From positions 53,462,186 to 53,526,185 of the forward strand of contig JAUZTB010000087.1 in the NCBI GenBank assembly GCA_034780895.1: a DNA stretch of 64,000 nt. Direction: 5' to 3'. The DNA is from Rhynchobatus australiae. Lineage: Eukaryota. Below are positions 1-11,519 of the stretch, in pieces. How positions within the stretch are numbered: the stretch's first letter is position 1; each line of letters begins with the position of its first letter. The notes under the pieces are model-generated. The model ran no database searches. It was not told where the DNA came from and was given only the letters and a program-made list of their open reading frames with translations. The position numbers were made by a program, and so were the translations under genes.

Positions 1-929
1 GTAGTTTTGAAGCAAAATGAGACTTGGAATCCTGCAAGCCCTCTAGCTATAATGATAAGAGCCAAAATACAAGAAAGATTCCCTCTCTGTTCCCCTTCTT
101 TGCTTGTAAAATGGCTAAGTTTATTAGCAGCAGAATCTGCTCACATAATCCCATGGCCAGATCAAGGCCAACTGTCTGTAATAAAAGATATTGCAGATAT
201 AGTACACAGCAGAAATTGTCAAAATACTTAGTAGGACATGCAAGATACCAGTGGAAAATGAATTTTTAAGTGAGATCCACACAAAGTAGCAGGATAGAGC
301 ACATCCGCAGATGTGTGGTACTAAATTACTGAACGCAAAATCCAAACAATCTATCTTTTGCTGCTCTCTCGGACAGCTTGTCCAGGGTGGACAGGCAAGG
401 CAGAGGCTAAAAAGGCCTTCAGGGACTAAATTACTATTTCTAAATTGTTCCCAAGCTCCAGTGATACAGCAGCATTATCACTCAAGAACCGAAAGAGATT
501 ACTGGTTGGAGGAGGGAAGGAAATAAAACTTCTCAAAACAGCACAACACATGTAGCATCTCAAAAGCTCTGCTCTCAGAATGGATAATGCACACAATGAA
601 CCTCCTGGTCTCTTAACCCTTTCAGAGGGACTAATTTTGACAAATTTAAACATCATGGAATTAAGCCTTGAGCCAATGCACATGCCACACTAAATTCTAA
701 CAAATATGTTTATAATCTTAATACTAAATTGACTCCAGCATTATGGTTTTGCTCTTTCTTGTGTAAGCTCTCATATAATATTCATTATACGTATATAATA
801 CTGTTTTCTGGCACCAAGAAATTGCAGACAGCAGATATGTTTATCTGTAAAAATACAGAACTTCGAGAAAGGTTTACTGTAATGATTCATTTCCCTTACC
901 AGAAGAGTCAATAACTAGGGAGAATAGAT

Positions 930-1170
930 CTTGTTAACTGATGGAAAGATCTGATAGTTGAGGAATTATTTTTTCACAATGCATGGTTGGGGTCAGGAGT
1001 TTCTTGCCTGAAAAAGTGTTGAAGCCAGAAACTCTCACCACATTTACAAAATATCTAGAAGAGCACTCAATGAGCCATAACTAAAAAGGCTATGGTCCAT
1101 GGGTGGTCATGGGATTAACTTAAAGTCCACTTTTGGACAGCAAGCATCTTAACCTCCTATGATTCTAGAT
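930..1170 (+). mobile_element. Old CR1 LINE 3' fragment
   Basis: Degenerate 'gaggaattattttttcaca...ttcttgcctgaaaaagtgttgaagc...acatttacaaaatatctaga' resembles the CR1 ORF2 end (NFFT..V..WN.LP..VVEA...FK..LD) seen in better copies at 5100-5220 and 50020-50130. Confidence 0.55.
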
Positions 1171-1489
1171 TCCATTGTATCTTTACTGCACTTCATGAAG
1201 ATCTCTCAAGAGGAAAAATAATGAACAATGCACCAATAGAGACATGAGAAAGGATCAATGAAATCTTGGGCCAAGGTAGAAGATTTTTAGGAAAAAACCT
1301 TTGGTTTTGGAATTATATCAGGTCAACAAGCTCAGGGCATTGAATCTGACTTAGAATTTAAGCACAAACACTTGGAAAAAGTTGTATTTNNNNNNNNNNN
1401 NNNNNNNNNNNNNNNNNNNNNNNNNNNNNNNNNNNNNNNNNNNNNNNNNNNNNNNNNNNNNNNNNNNNNNNNNNNNNNNNNNNNNNNNN

Positions 1490-1740
1490 AAATACAGAAC
1501 TTGCATTATTATAGCATGATTTAGGACCTAAGTCACCCCAAATCATTCGCAGCCAGTGAGGTATTTTTAATCACAATCACTGTGGTAATGTAAGAAACAC
1601 AGCAAGCTCCCACAAGCACTAGATCATGTGTATTTTAATGATATATGTCAATAAATAATGGGACAACAGGTTGGACAACCCTGCATTTTTTCAAGTAGTG
1701 TCATGGGATATACCCATCCAAGAGGTAGATGGAGCCTCAA
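1490..1740 (-). mobile_element. Deu-domain SINE (SacSINE1/AmnSINE1-like) 3' part
   Basis: Reverse complement reads 'tgcttgtgggagcttgctgtg...ttacattaccacagtga...cactggctgcgaa...tataataatgcaagttct', matching the copy at 47070-47512. Confidence 0.55.
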
Positions 1741-2071
1741 TTTTATATTTCACTCCAAGCATCGTATGTAGTTACTTAATGCAGTCACAGGACTTTGCTG
1801 CTTTAACCTCAGATGAGCTGATGCCCTTGTGTCCATTAAAAGTGATCTCTGCTGGCCACTAAAGGTCCACCCAGATGTTCAAACTCACCAAGTTCTGATG
1901 TAGAGACATCCACCCAGAGCATTAACTCAGTTTTTCTCTCTGCATAGCTGCACCTCACAACTCCAACTTCTTTTTTCTCTCTACAACTATAACCAGCAGA
2001 AGTACTGATAGGTGGACAACTTTGCTATCTGCCCTATTACAGACACTCTACACCCCTCCTCCTCTCTCCAA

Positions 2072-2185
2072 CTTAAATGAGGGCTGTTTCCCAGTCTTTG
2101 ACCCGAATCCTGAAGCCTCTCTCTCTCTCCACAGATGCTGCCTGACCTGTGAGTATTTCCAGCATTTTCTGTTTCTCCTCAAAAT
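2072..2185 (+). mobile_element. Penelope-like terminal repeat, single arm
   Basis: 'ctctctccacagatgctgcctgacctgtgagtatttccagcattttctg' is shared with about 16 other copies in the window. Confidence 0.65.
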
Positions 2186-2239
2186 CACTCGACCAAACAT
2201 TCGTGGATGCCAAACTTTGGTACAAAGTTTTGACTGGTG

Positions 2240-2570
2240 CCCCATTCACCACCCTAAATACTCCTTCCCTCCGACACTGGTGCACAGTGGCCACAGCGTG
2301 TGCCATCTGTAAAAAAAACTCACACAGGCGACTCCAACAGCACCTTCCATAAAGAAACACCAGCAACTGCAGTTTCCCTTCCATGTCACATGCCATCCCA
2401 ATGGAAATACATCATCTGTCCTTCATTGTCCCTGGGTCTAAATCCAGGAGGTCCTCCCCAACAGAACTGTGGGAGCACCTTCACCAGAAGGGCTGCCCTG
2501 GTTCAGTAAGGTGGCTGAACACCACCTTCTCGAGTGTAATTAGAAATGAGCAAAAGACAACTGGCCAAAT
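2240..2570 (+). mobile_element. CR1-superfamily LINE, second family ('family B'), 3' end
   Basis: ORF 2149..2352 ends SLRHWCTVATACAICKK..RRLQQHLP, an ORF2 C-terminus-like peptide. It is followed by the tail 'gggtctaaatcc...ggttcagtaaggtggctgaacaccaccttctcgag', also present at 4740-4900 and 8290-8450. Confidence 0.65.
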
Positions 2571-2999
2571 CTTGAAACAGGAACAAGTTTTACAAAAACG
2601 TCAAAGTGGTGCACAGTGCGCCACAAGACAGGTTGAACCAAGCCAGCAGGAAAAAAAACATCATCCAAGGTTTGCATTGCCTTCAGCCACAATGCCCTCA
2701 GCAAGGGAACGGCTTGTGGCCAGAGGCTTCACAATGAAGCTGGCTGCAGTGTTAGAGGGTGAGCAGGCCTCCTTCTCAAGGGGGTCAACCTATCCATTAG
2801 AGGGGAGGAAATCTTTGAAATAAAAAGGATTTCTAAAATCCAAGATTCAATCCAGATGTAAGGTCAGACCCGTCTCTGAACGCCTGCAAGTTGTAAACAC
2901 TTGAAAATTTATAAAAATCAAGGCATTATGTGGAATACAAACATATCACACTGCATATTAACTATTACATCTTACTGACCCCAGAGCTGCCTTTTATTC

Positions 3000-3800
3000 A
3001 GATATTAAGTGGAAAAGATTAACCATGCTGTTTGTTACACAACTTGGTCAGTGACTGCTCAAACGCAGTGTATAAATGGGGAAGATTAAGCCATTTCTCA
3101 CCTGCCTTGGCAGTGGCTTTTATTATTTACAATATTTACTTCGGGGGAGTTGTGACTCATGTCATATTTATCTTGGTGAAAAATGAGCTCATAAATGAAC
3201 ATCACCTTTTGAACAAAGCAATGCATTGTGATACTAATTTGGTTCATGAAGTGTGTAATTCAGTCGAAGCACTAGGGTAGCGTTCGTCTCCTGCTTTATT
3301 AAACTAATATAAAACAATTTCTCTTCCTCGTTACTGAAGCATGCAGGCACCACAATTCCAGGAAGAACTCACCCTGTTGGATTGCTGCACACTGGCGTGT
3401 ATGAATTACGCACTGCCCTGACAGGGCTGAATGGTTACAAGACCCCACATTTCATTCCCATTGCAGCAGCTTTACAAGCTGTTATGAATAAATCCAGTGC
3501 ATTACACCCCGTGCTAATGATGTCTAAAATATGGATGGTTTATAATTTTTTTGAAGGAAATTCTGGGATGCTGACTGTCTGTCGATAGCTTATCGTAAAT
3601 CAGAGTTGTGCGCTCAGAATATTGTTGCTGAAGCAGGAGAGAGGTCAAAGGTCTTTGCTTGCTCCCGTCTGATTGACAGCTTATATTGATGGAGATTCTG
3701 CTAGTTAGCATGGGTGTGCACCAAGTGTTGCTGAGACCTCCAACAATTTGGAATTGACGCTGCTGCTACAAGCAGCCTGCACAGCACCACTGAATCTTGT
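3000..3800. promoter_or_regulatory. Candidate conserved non-coding element / enhancer
   Basis: About 800 bp free of recognisable repeats, with retained CpGs, an AP-1 site (TGACTCA near 3152), TGACAG and CATAAA/TTATGA motifs. Compositional inference only. Confidence 0.3.
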
Positions 3801-4039
3801 TAACCTTTTACCGATCGACAGCTTCAGAAAAGGCATGTTTTAACCGAAGGATTTGGTCCCTATTGTGTGTGGGGTTAGCTAATTCAGTTGTTAGGCCACT
3901 ACAACAAACCTCATGTATTCCTGGGTGGAGAGAGTTGGGAGTAAAGGGGTTGTGGGGAAGGGTGGGGGGAGGGGAATAAAATTAGACCAGATTCCCAATT
4001 GCTGAATGTAGGGTGAAGATAGGCCCTGGCTTGCATGTA

Positions 4040-4170
4040 GACATATCACATACAGACCACATATATGTACAGGCACAACATGCACAAACACAACATACAC
4101 AAGCCTGATCCAAACTAATGCACAACACCCTACAAAGACACATCATGCGCACAGGCACAACATACTGAAA
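4040..4170 (+). repeat. Degenerate CA-rich low-complexity tract
   Basis: Runs of the type 'cacaacatgcacaaacacaacatacac'. Confidence 0.6.
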
Positions 4171-4439
4171 CAAACTGGGTGGTTGTAGGGCCTTCAAATA
4201 GTGACAAATAGAAACTTGGGTAAAATTTTGGAGGATGTCTGTGGGGCAGCATTCCAGCACCTTCAGGAGAGTAGCCTGTTCTCTCTGAGTTTAGATGACT
4301 GAAAGGGGGTGTCATTGGGACATATATGGTTCTGTTGTGATTTATCAAGAGAATTGCCCTGGTGGGGCAGTTTAGAATATGAGTTGGAGAGCGTGAGGTC
4401 GTATTGGGTGGGGTGGGTGCTTGATCTCAGGATATTTCA

Positions 4440-4655
4440 ACTTTCAGAAGGGTAAGAATATTTAGAATTCTCTACCTCAGAGTGCTGTGGAAGCTGAGTT
4501 GAAGGCATATAGCTCAAGACATCAAGTGTTAAAAAGGGTTTTACCAGGCAAATGGAGCAGAGGCCAAAGATCAGATCAGTCATGATCTTACTGAGTGGTA
4601 CAGAAGGCTTGACAGTCTGACTAGTCTGCCTCTGTTCTTATTTCTAATGTTCATA
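4440..4655 (+). mobile_element. CR1 LINE 3' end (older subfamily)
   Basis: 'aattctctacctcagagtgctgtggaagctgag...agatcagtcatgatcttactgagtgg...ctctgttcttatttctaatgttc' is a typical CR1 ORF2 end plus 3' UTR. Confidence 0.6.
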
Positions 4656-4689
4656 TGAGAGGAGGAGAAAATCTGGGCAAAAGTCTTGA

Positions 4690-4905
4690 ATGATACAACA
4701 CAGGGCAGCAGGCATTAAACTATCAAGTCACCTTTCATTGTTACTGGGTCTAACTTCCTGTCAAACAGCACTGTGGGACTACATTCACTGAAAGAGCTGC
4801 TGTGGTTCAAGAAGGCAGATCACTGCCACCTTCTCAAGGACAATCAAGGGATGGCCAATAAATGCTGGCCTTGCCACAATGCCCACATCCTAGAAATAAG
4901 TTTCT
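4690..4905 (+). mobile_element. LINE family B 3' tail
   Basis: 'ggttcaagaaggcagatcactgccaccttctcaaggacaatcaagggatggccaataaatgctggccttgcc' recurs at 8230-8460 and, inverted, at 13530-13930. Confidence 0.7.
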
Positions 4906-5013
4906 AAACCATCTCAGAGACATCACTCTTCCTGAGTTGGAAGAATGCTTCTGTCATCTCCCATCACCTTGGATAAATATATGTTAGGAGACATTTTATG
5001 CCAGTTAGCGACT

Positions 5014-5322
5014 TTGCACACAGTCTTTTTCCCAGTGTTGGGGAATCAAGAACTAGAGGTCATGGGTTTAAGGTGAGAAGGGAAAGATTTAACAGCAACT
5101 TGAGTGGCAACCTTTTTTCACACAGAGGGTGGTACATGATATGGAATGAGCTCCCAGAAGAAGTGGTAGAGGGGATTACAATTACATCATTTAAAAGACA
5201 TTTGGACATGTACATGGATAGGAAAGGTTTAGAAGGATGTGGGTCAAATGCAGGCAAAGTGGGACCAGCATGGACAAGTTGGGCCGAAGGGTCTGTTTCC
5301 GTGCTGTATTACTCTATGACTA
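5014..5322 (+). mobile_element. CR1 (HER1-like) LINE 3' end
   Basis: Translation HSLFPSVGESRTRGHGFKVRRERF..NL..NLFS..WNELPEEVVEG..FKRHLD; tail 'gggccgaagggtctgtttccgtgctgtattactctatgact'. Confidence 0.9.
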
Positions 5323-6087
5323 AGTGGGGTCAATCCTCCTTCCCACCAATGGCTTTACATGTTAATCATCAGTGGGTGATGGCCAGGGTGTGGGTAAGCA
5401 ATGAATGGGGAGGTGTGTTATAGGGGAAGCTTCAATGGGAAATGTGAATATTATTCTTTACCCTAGTCTAGTAGCCACATTATTGTGATTAAATCTCCCA
5501 GCTTACAATAGTTAATTTAATGTTTAAACCTAGCTGGTCTGCCGGGCTCTGTTCCACACTGGGCAGTATGTTTACAGGGCACAAGATCTGTAGCTTCAAT
5601 AAACCGAGGACATAGTTGCAGGTAATCCTTACCACCAAAAACCAACAGGTAACTGGATCCCAAATACTGGGCACACCCTATGGTTCTAATTCTATCACTG
5701 CCGAATCTCACAGGAATTCATTCAACATTAAGGATATCTATTTGCCATTGACAGTACATCAATGCTTGAGTCCTGGGTCTTATTATACTGCAGCATGGAG
5801 TGGGCAAGAGGGGAGAGGAACTATCATGTTATCCACTGTAGCGGAGGTAATTCTAGCCAAGTCACAGCAGCTGAACAGCGGCCGCTAGTTCACATTGAAA
5901 AGCCAGGAAAGCACAGAAGATCCTTGTCAGCTCACGTACATCCCTTGACTCCCTGGTGAGAGCTGGCTATTTTCCCAACCCACTCCACGTCCCCCAGCTG
6001 CACTCCCTTGAGAGCCCCCTCCAGTTTTAAAACATGCTGTCCCACTGAGCTGTGTCCCTTTGGCCAAAAGCCAAACAGCGTGAGGAT

Positions 6088-6460
6088 TCTCCAGATGAGA
6101 CTGGGTTTGTTTTCCTTTGAACGGAGGAGGCTGAAAGGGGGCCTGATAGAGAGGTATTTTGGTGCGGTAGAAAGTAGGAGACTTTTCCCTGCAGTGGCGG
6201 TGTCTAAAACTAGAGGGCACACGTTTAAGGTAAGGGGTAAGAGGTTTAGAGGGGTGGTTCAAATCTGTAACCTGGGATCTGAGGGATGTTGGGGGCAAGT
6301 ACTCTCAAAGCATTCCTGGAGGATCTACATGAGCAATTGGATCACTGGTGTGTAGAAGACTATGGGCTGGTAAATGGCATTAATGTGGGTGCGTACTTGA
6401 TGTCAGCATGGACATGGTGGGCTGAAGGGCCTATTTCTGTGCTGTATGACTCTATGATTA
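6088..6460 (+). mobile_element. CR1 (HER1-like) LINE 3' end
   Basis: RLGLFSFERRRLKGGLIE...LFPAVAVSKTRGHTFKVRGKRFRG; tail 'gggctgaagggcctatttctgtgctgtatgactctatga'. Confidence 0.88.
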
Positions 6461-6602
6461 TGACTGCATTAAACACAGAGAGAAGGTTATCCCACTTTAA
6501 GGCTCCTCACCATTTCAGTGCTACATCCCAACGCGGCCACCTGCGGGGTTGTGAGATTCTATCCCTGATGCACTGCCTGAATAGCTGCACCTTTAACAAA
6601 AT

Positions 6603-6812
6603 AGCAGGATACTGAAAGCTCTCAGCTGGTCGGGCAGCATCTGTGGGGAGAGGAACAGGATCAACTTTTCAGGGCAAGGTGCCTTCACCAGAACTTGACC
6701 TGAAATGGCAGCTCTCCTCCTCTCCCCACAGATGCCGCCTGATGTGCTGGGTGTCTCCAGCATCCTCTGATTTTTTTTTGGATTTCCAGCATCTGCAGTT
6801 CTTTTGCTGCAG
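6603..6812. mobile_element. Penelope-like fold-back (inverted pair) element
   Basis: Left arm 'gggcagcatctgtggggagagg' is the reverse complement of right arm 'cctctccccacagatgccgcct'; a degenerate hammerhead-like core lies on the minus strand near 6665-6695. Confidence 0.75.
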
Positions 6813-7414
6813 TTGCCTTAAGGTTGAGTAATAGCCTTTAATTCATCAGCTCAAGCTACCCCATCACTTTTGCTGCCTCAAGTTTAACCCTGAATTCACC
6901 ACTGGATTCAAAAATTCACATTTGCAAGGACAATTTAACCAAACGGCTGAAATTTTGATGGTCTGGATTGAAACATTGCAAACATTTCACAGATGCTTAT
7001 GGACAATTTGCTAAACCCTTAGTAACTCTGATTAAAGGATTCCAGTGATAATCTGTTAAGAATTTAAAACAGTCAGTGAATGGATTTTCCATTCCAAGAA
7101 CAGGTGCAGAGGAAGTTATATTTTCAGATTAATTTTTTATTGCAGTAACATCCCTTTCCCTTTCTCTGAACTTTTTTTCCATTAGCTTTCTTCTCTCTTG
7201 ATCTTTTCCCTTCCTTTCATCGTGTTTATTGTGGGGGTGGTGGGGGAGGAGGATGGTGGGAAATTTCACCCATTCATTAATTTTGCATTGCAGTATAAGT
7301 ATTCCTTGCACACGAGAATGATTTTGCCACTGTTAGCAAACAGAGGAAATAAGACACAAGCTCATTTCCAAACCTGATCACTTCTGCAATTGAATACTTC
7401 CATAAGAATACAGT

Positions 7415-7755
7415 TATGCGTGGTGGTTATGTTAATACCCCAACATCTGAGAGGTCACGTTTAAATCCTCCTATGGCAAGTTGTAAATTTGCATTGAATA
7501 AGCCTAGTAATTTATGAGCTGGCACTGGGAACAAATGACCTTGATGTTGGTTGTTAAAACCCGACTGGTTTATTGATGTTTTTTCAACAAAGGGAAACTG
7601 ACATTCCTACTTGGTCTGGCCTACATGTGATCCCAGTTTGCCACGATGTGGTGTACTCATAATACCCTCTGAAGTAGCCCAGCAAGTTATTCCATTGTAC
7701 AAACAAGATATAATTGCTATTGGGAACACGGTCCAAGGGGCAATAAGTGCAAATG
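7415..7755 (+). mobile_element. SlmI/MetaSINE-like tRNA-derived SINE
   Basis: 'aaaacccgactggtttattgatgtt...gggaaactgacattcctacttggtctggcctacatgtga...tgtggtgtactc...ccctctgaagtagcccagcaag'; a second copy lies inverted at 41545-41900. Confidence 0.6.
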
Positions 7756-8149
7756 TGTCGGTGTTGTTCCGGGGGGGGGGGGGGNNNNNNNNNNAAAGAA
7801 AGGCATTTTTCGTTTGGGTTAGAGTGACCCTGATTTCAACAACCTGCCTCTGAGCTACTAATACATATCAATTCTTTTCAGGTAGTCTCTGGAATATTAT
7901 AATTATTATTTCAACAATAATTTTTTATGGTTGCAATTAAAGTTGGAAAGCAGTACATAGCAACTTTGCAGAATAAAAGTTCCCACTCCTTAGGTATTGC
8001 TTTGAATATTATTTGTTGTTAAAAGCAATAAACTGACAAATCGGCATCCCATTAAACAAACATGTACACAAATTATTTCTCCTTATCAGCAAAATAATTT
8101 TCCATAAAATTATTACACTATCTGTTCTGTGATTGCACAATGTTGTGAT

Positions 8150-8220
8150 GCTCGGTGTGGATTTGGAGGAGGGCTGAAGGACTTGTTTCCATGCTGTATA
8201 ACTCTACAGCCTCTATGACA
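8150..8220 (+). mobile_element. CR1/HE1-type 3' tail remnant
   Basis: 'gggctgaaggacttgtttccatgctgtataactcta...ctctatgac'. Confidence 0.6.
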
Positions 8221-8229
8221 GCTATCTGT

Positions 8230-8460
8230 AGGTCCCCTCCAACTCACACATCAGTCTGACTTGGAAATAAATTCCCATTCCTGCATCATTGCTGGGTCTA
8301 AATCCTGGAACTCCCTTCCCAGAGGACATGTGGATGAACTATCACTAGAAAGGACTATAATTCAAGAAGACAGCTCACTACCATCTTCTCAAGGGCAATG
8401 ACGGATGGGCAATAAATACAAGCCTTGCCAGTGACAGCCACCTCCATAAATGAAGAACGA
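8230..8460 (+). mobile_element. LINE family B 3' tail
   Basis: 'gctgggtctaaatcctggaactcccttccc...ttcaagaagacagctcactaccatcttctcaagggcaatgacggatgggcaataaa'. Confidence 0.75.
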
Positions 8461-8599
8461 GAAAGCAACCCTCTCCCCCTCCTCTCATCCAAAGGTTCCA
8501 CCATAGTCAGTTACGTACATTTGAAGAACATATTTGGGTTGGTGTAGCAGTTCAGAGGGTGGCATAGTACATAGTGCTTGGCCTCACAGTTCAACATGG

Positions 8600-8982
8600 G
8601 TTTGATCCTGGCCATTTGTCCCGTCTGAACGGAGTTTACATGTCTTTCTGTCTCAGCCAGGATGTCCCAATGGCCAGCCATTTTAATTCCATTTCTCATT
8701 CCCACATCAAATGTCTGTCTACTGCCTTCCTCTACTGCCAGGTTTGGGCTATATGCAATTTAGAGGAACAGCACCTCGTACCCTGCCTGGACAGTCTCCA
8801 ATTTGATGACATGAACATAGAATTCTCAGACTTCCAATGCACACTCCGCTCTGTCCCTTTTCCCCCTTCTTTCTTTTCTCTCTCCTTCTGAACTACCAGC
8901 CCCCATCACCCTCTTTCCCCTCCCTCACCCTTTCCACCTGCCCATCACCAATACACTCCTCCCATTGGTTCCCCTCCCCACC
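8600..8982 (+). mobile_element. Penelope-like element, C-terminal GIY-YIG-associated endonuclease fragment (pseudogenised)
   Basis: ORF 8574..8891 contains VPMASHFNSISHSH...CNLEEQHLVPCLDSLQFDDMNIEFSDF, matching the PLE ORF end motif (P.A.HFN...H...R.L.EQ.LI..L..L.P.G.N.EF). A pyrimidine-rich tract follows, up to a gap. Confidence 0.75.
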
Positions 8983-9182
8983 NNNNNNNNNNNNNNNNNN
9001 NNNNNNNNNNNNNNNNNNNNNNNNNNNNNNNNNNNNNNNNNNNNNNNNNNNNNNNNNNNNNNNNNNNNNNNNNNNNNNNNNNTCAGCTCAAGTAGCCTGC
9101 AACATGAGCAAACAACTGAACTATACTCACCGTCCAAGGTTCATACCTGAATTCTTAGTGTACATGATATAGGAGGGTAATT

Positions 9183-9685
9183 GATAATTGGTTTATTATT
9201 GTTACATGTACTGAGATACAGTGAAAAGCTTTGTTTTGCATGCCATCCATACAAATCATTTCAAAACATGAGTACGTCAAGGTAGTTCAAAGGGAAAAGT
9301 AATAATATTATGCAGAATATAGTGTTACAGTTATACTTAGAGAGAAAGTGCAGTGCAGGTAGGCAATTAGGTGCAAGGGCCATGACAAGGTAGATTGTGA
9401 GGTCAAGAATTCATCTTTACTGAACAAGTGGTCCACTCAAGAGTCTTATAACAGCAGGATAGAAGCCTTGAGCCTGGTGGTATGTGTTCTCAAACATTTG
9501 TATCTTTTGCCCAATGGAAGGTGAGAGAACAGAGAATGATCAGGGTGGGAGGTATCCTTGATTATGTTGGCTGCTTTCCCAAGGCAGAGAGAAATGTAGA
9601 CAGAGTCCATGGAGGGGAGGCTGGTTTTCATGATAGACTGAGCTGTGCTCCACAACTCTCTGCAATTTCTGTAATTTTATGTTGA
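9183..9685 (-). mobile_element. Rex1/Babar-clade LINE 3' end
   Basis: Minus-strand frames give KLQRVV..TAQSIMKTSLPSMDSVY..CLGKAANIIKD.SHP.HSLFS.LPLGKRYK.LRTHTTRLK; the 3' tail reads '..gtacatgtaacaataataaaccaatt'. Confidence 0.85.
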
Positions 9686-10681
9686 GATTAGATGGCCAAC
9701 AAGGCACTGGGCGTGGTGGTAGAGTGGAGGGACAAGGCAGAGGTAGGGTAGTTGAGGAAGGGTGAAAGATCTGGAGCTGTGAGCATTGGCCCAACAAGTT
9801 AGGACAGGAGATCAGTGGGACCAATCCATGCCCAGTGAGAATCAGTCAGGTTGAGAGAGAGAGAAAAGCAAAAATCTCTTCTAAACACATTAACAGTGAT
9901 AAAAGTTCTTTTGTAAATATTTAATATCCTGCTCCTACTGATGACAGAAGTGTTGACAAAGTGTTCATTCTGAAAATGCAGTTTGGGACATGGATGAATG
10001 TATTTATTTCACATTTTGCTGGTTTAAAGGAGGGGCTGAGGGGTTTAATGCCTGCATTCAAATCTCATACAAAGAGCAATGTCAAAAGAACAAATTAAAT
10101 GTTGCCCCACCAATATCATTAGCAGCAGACCCAAAGCATTGCAGATACATTGTAGATATGCATCTTCTCAGTTTGACAAGGGGAAGGGGATCTGGAGTGG
10201 GCAACTAACCTATGTATGGGTACCTAGCTCAAGTCTACACCTTTGAAAGGTGAGAGGAAATTTGAGAAAGGTCAATATTTACCTGATATTTATCCGAGAG
10301 CCGACATCATCTTGTTGTGATCTCTTGTGCAAATTACTCCAAGTTATACAAAATAAGTGGAGCAGATTAGAAAGGCCTGCAGATTGTTCCACTCACAGAC
10401 ATCTCCCTGCCTATCTAGCCTGCTTCTTTTGCTATGCATCAATGCTATCTCAGACAGACTGACGGTGTGCTTCCTCTGTGACCCTCACAGCCTGCAGTAT
10501 TATTTAAGGAGATTTATAGTCACATGTCTTTCACTAAGAAACACAAGCTCTGACCCTGAGGTAGGGCACTAGAAGAGAAACACATTAATATTACAACACT
10601 GAAGTAAGCAAGCCAGCAGGACCCTAAAGGTGTAGTAAACATATGCTTCCCTCCCTCTCCCCACTCTCTTCCCCCATCCTT

Positions 10682-10769
10682 ACACTTACACACAGAAATA
10701 CACACTGGGACACATACATACATACACAAATATACACCCACATCTGCACTCATATGCAAACACACACAT

Positions 10770-10802
<33 letters not shown>

Positions 10803-10905
10803 CATGCCTACATACACACCAGAACGTACAAACACAGCCACACCAAATCATTTGCAAACACACACATTCATATATGCAAACACACACATACATACATGCA
10901 CAGAA
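10682..10905 (+). repeat. (CA)n microsatellite within a CA-rich tract
   Basis: Pure (CA)n at about 10771-10800 with degenerate flanks. Confidence 0.9.
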
Positions 10906-11519
10906 ATATTGAGCTATGATGGGGATTCTGCAGCCTTTATTGCAGCATACTTATAAACGAAGGTTTCACTGAAATTGCCTCTCTCACAAACCATTACATT
11001 TTGAGAAGTTGCAGGATTTCCATGTTAATTACTGACCAAAACCACCACAAAAACTGCAGGCGGTGTTTCACAACGTACAGGTTGTCTGAATGACAAGATC
11101 TGTCTTCCTGTAGTGACGTTCTATTCCTCTGGCTCAGGAAGAGTTTTAAAATCACCCAGTTTCCACTGAAAGCTCAGCTGACACATCAACCAATAACTTA
11201 GCAAGGCGCCAGGTTTCTGATTCCAATTCCATACCTTCTTGACTGGTTAAAATAAGGACTTATTAACGTATAAACTTAATTTATTTTCCTCCTTTCCTTT
11301 TTTTTTGCTTCCCTTTGTCCAGCTGAGTTGTCTTCACCCTGTTTACCTCTCTGTGGATCGCACTGGTTCAGGAAGGACCAGTTGTTATTCCCATTCACTG
11401 ACACCCATGATGTTCAGTTGGCATCATAACCCCACACTATTTCAGTGCTCTTAGAAAGATTCTCCACTCCAGTGATATCTGGGCTGTTGGTTCAGTACCA
11501 CGCATGACAATCTTGGTGG

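Noticed and set aside
3923-3975. G-run cluster (possible G-quadruplex)
   Set aside because: Such tracts are common, and nothing in the context supports a function.
7870-7890. 'ttcttttcAG|GTagtc' as a possible recursive splice site
   Set aside because: The reconstituted donor is weak and such motifs are expected by chance in 64 kb.
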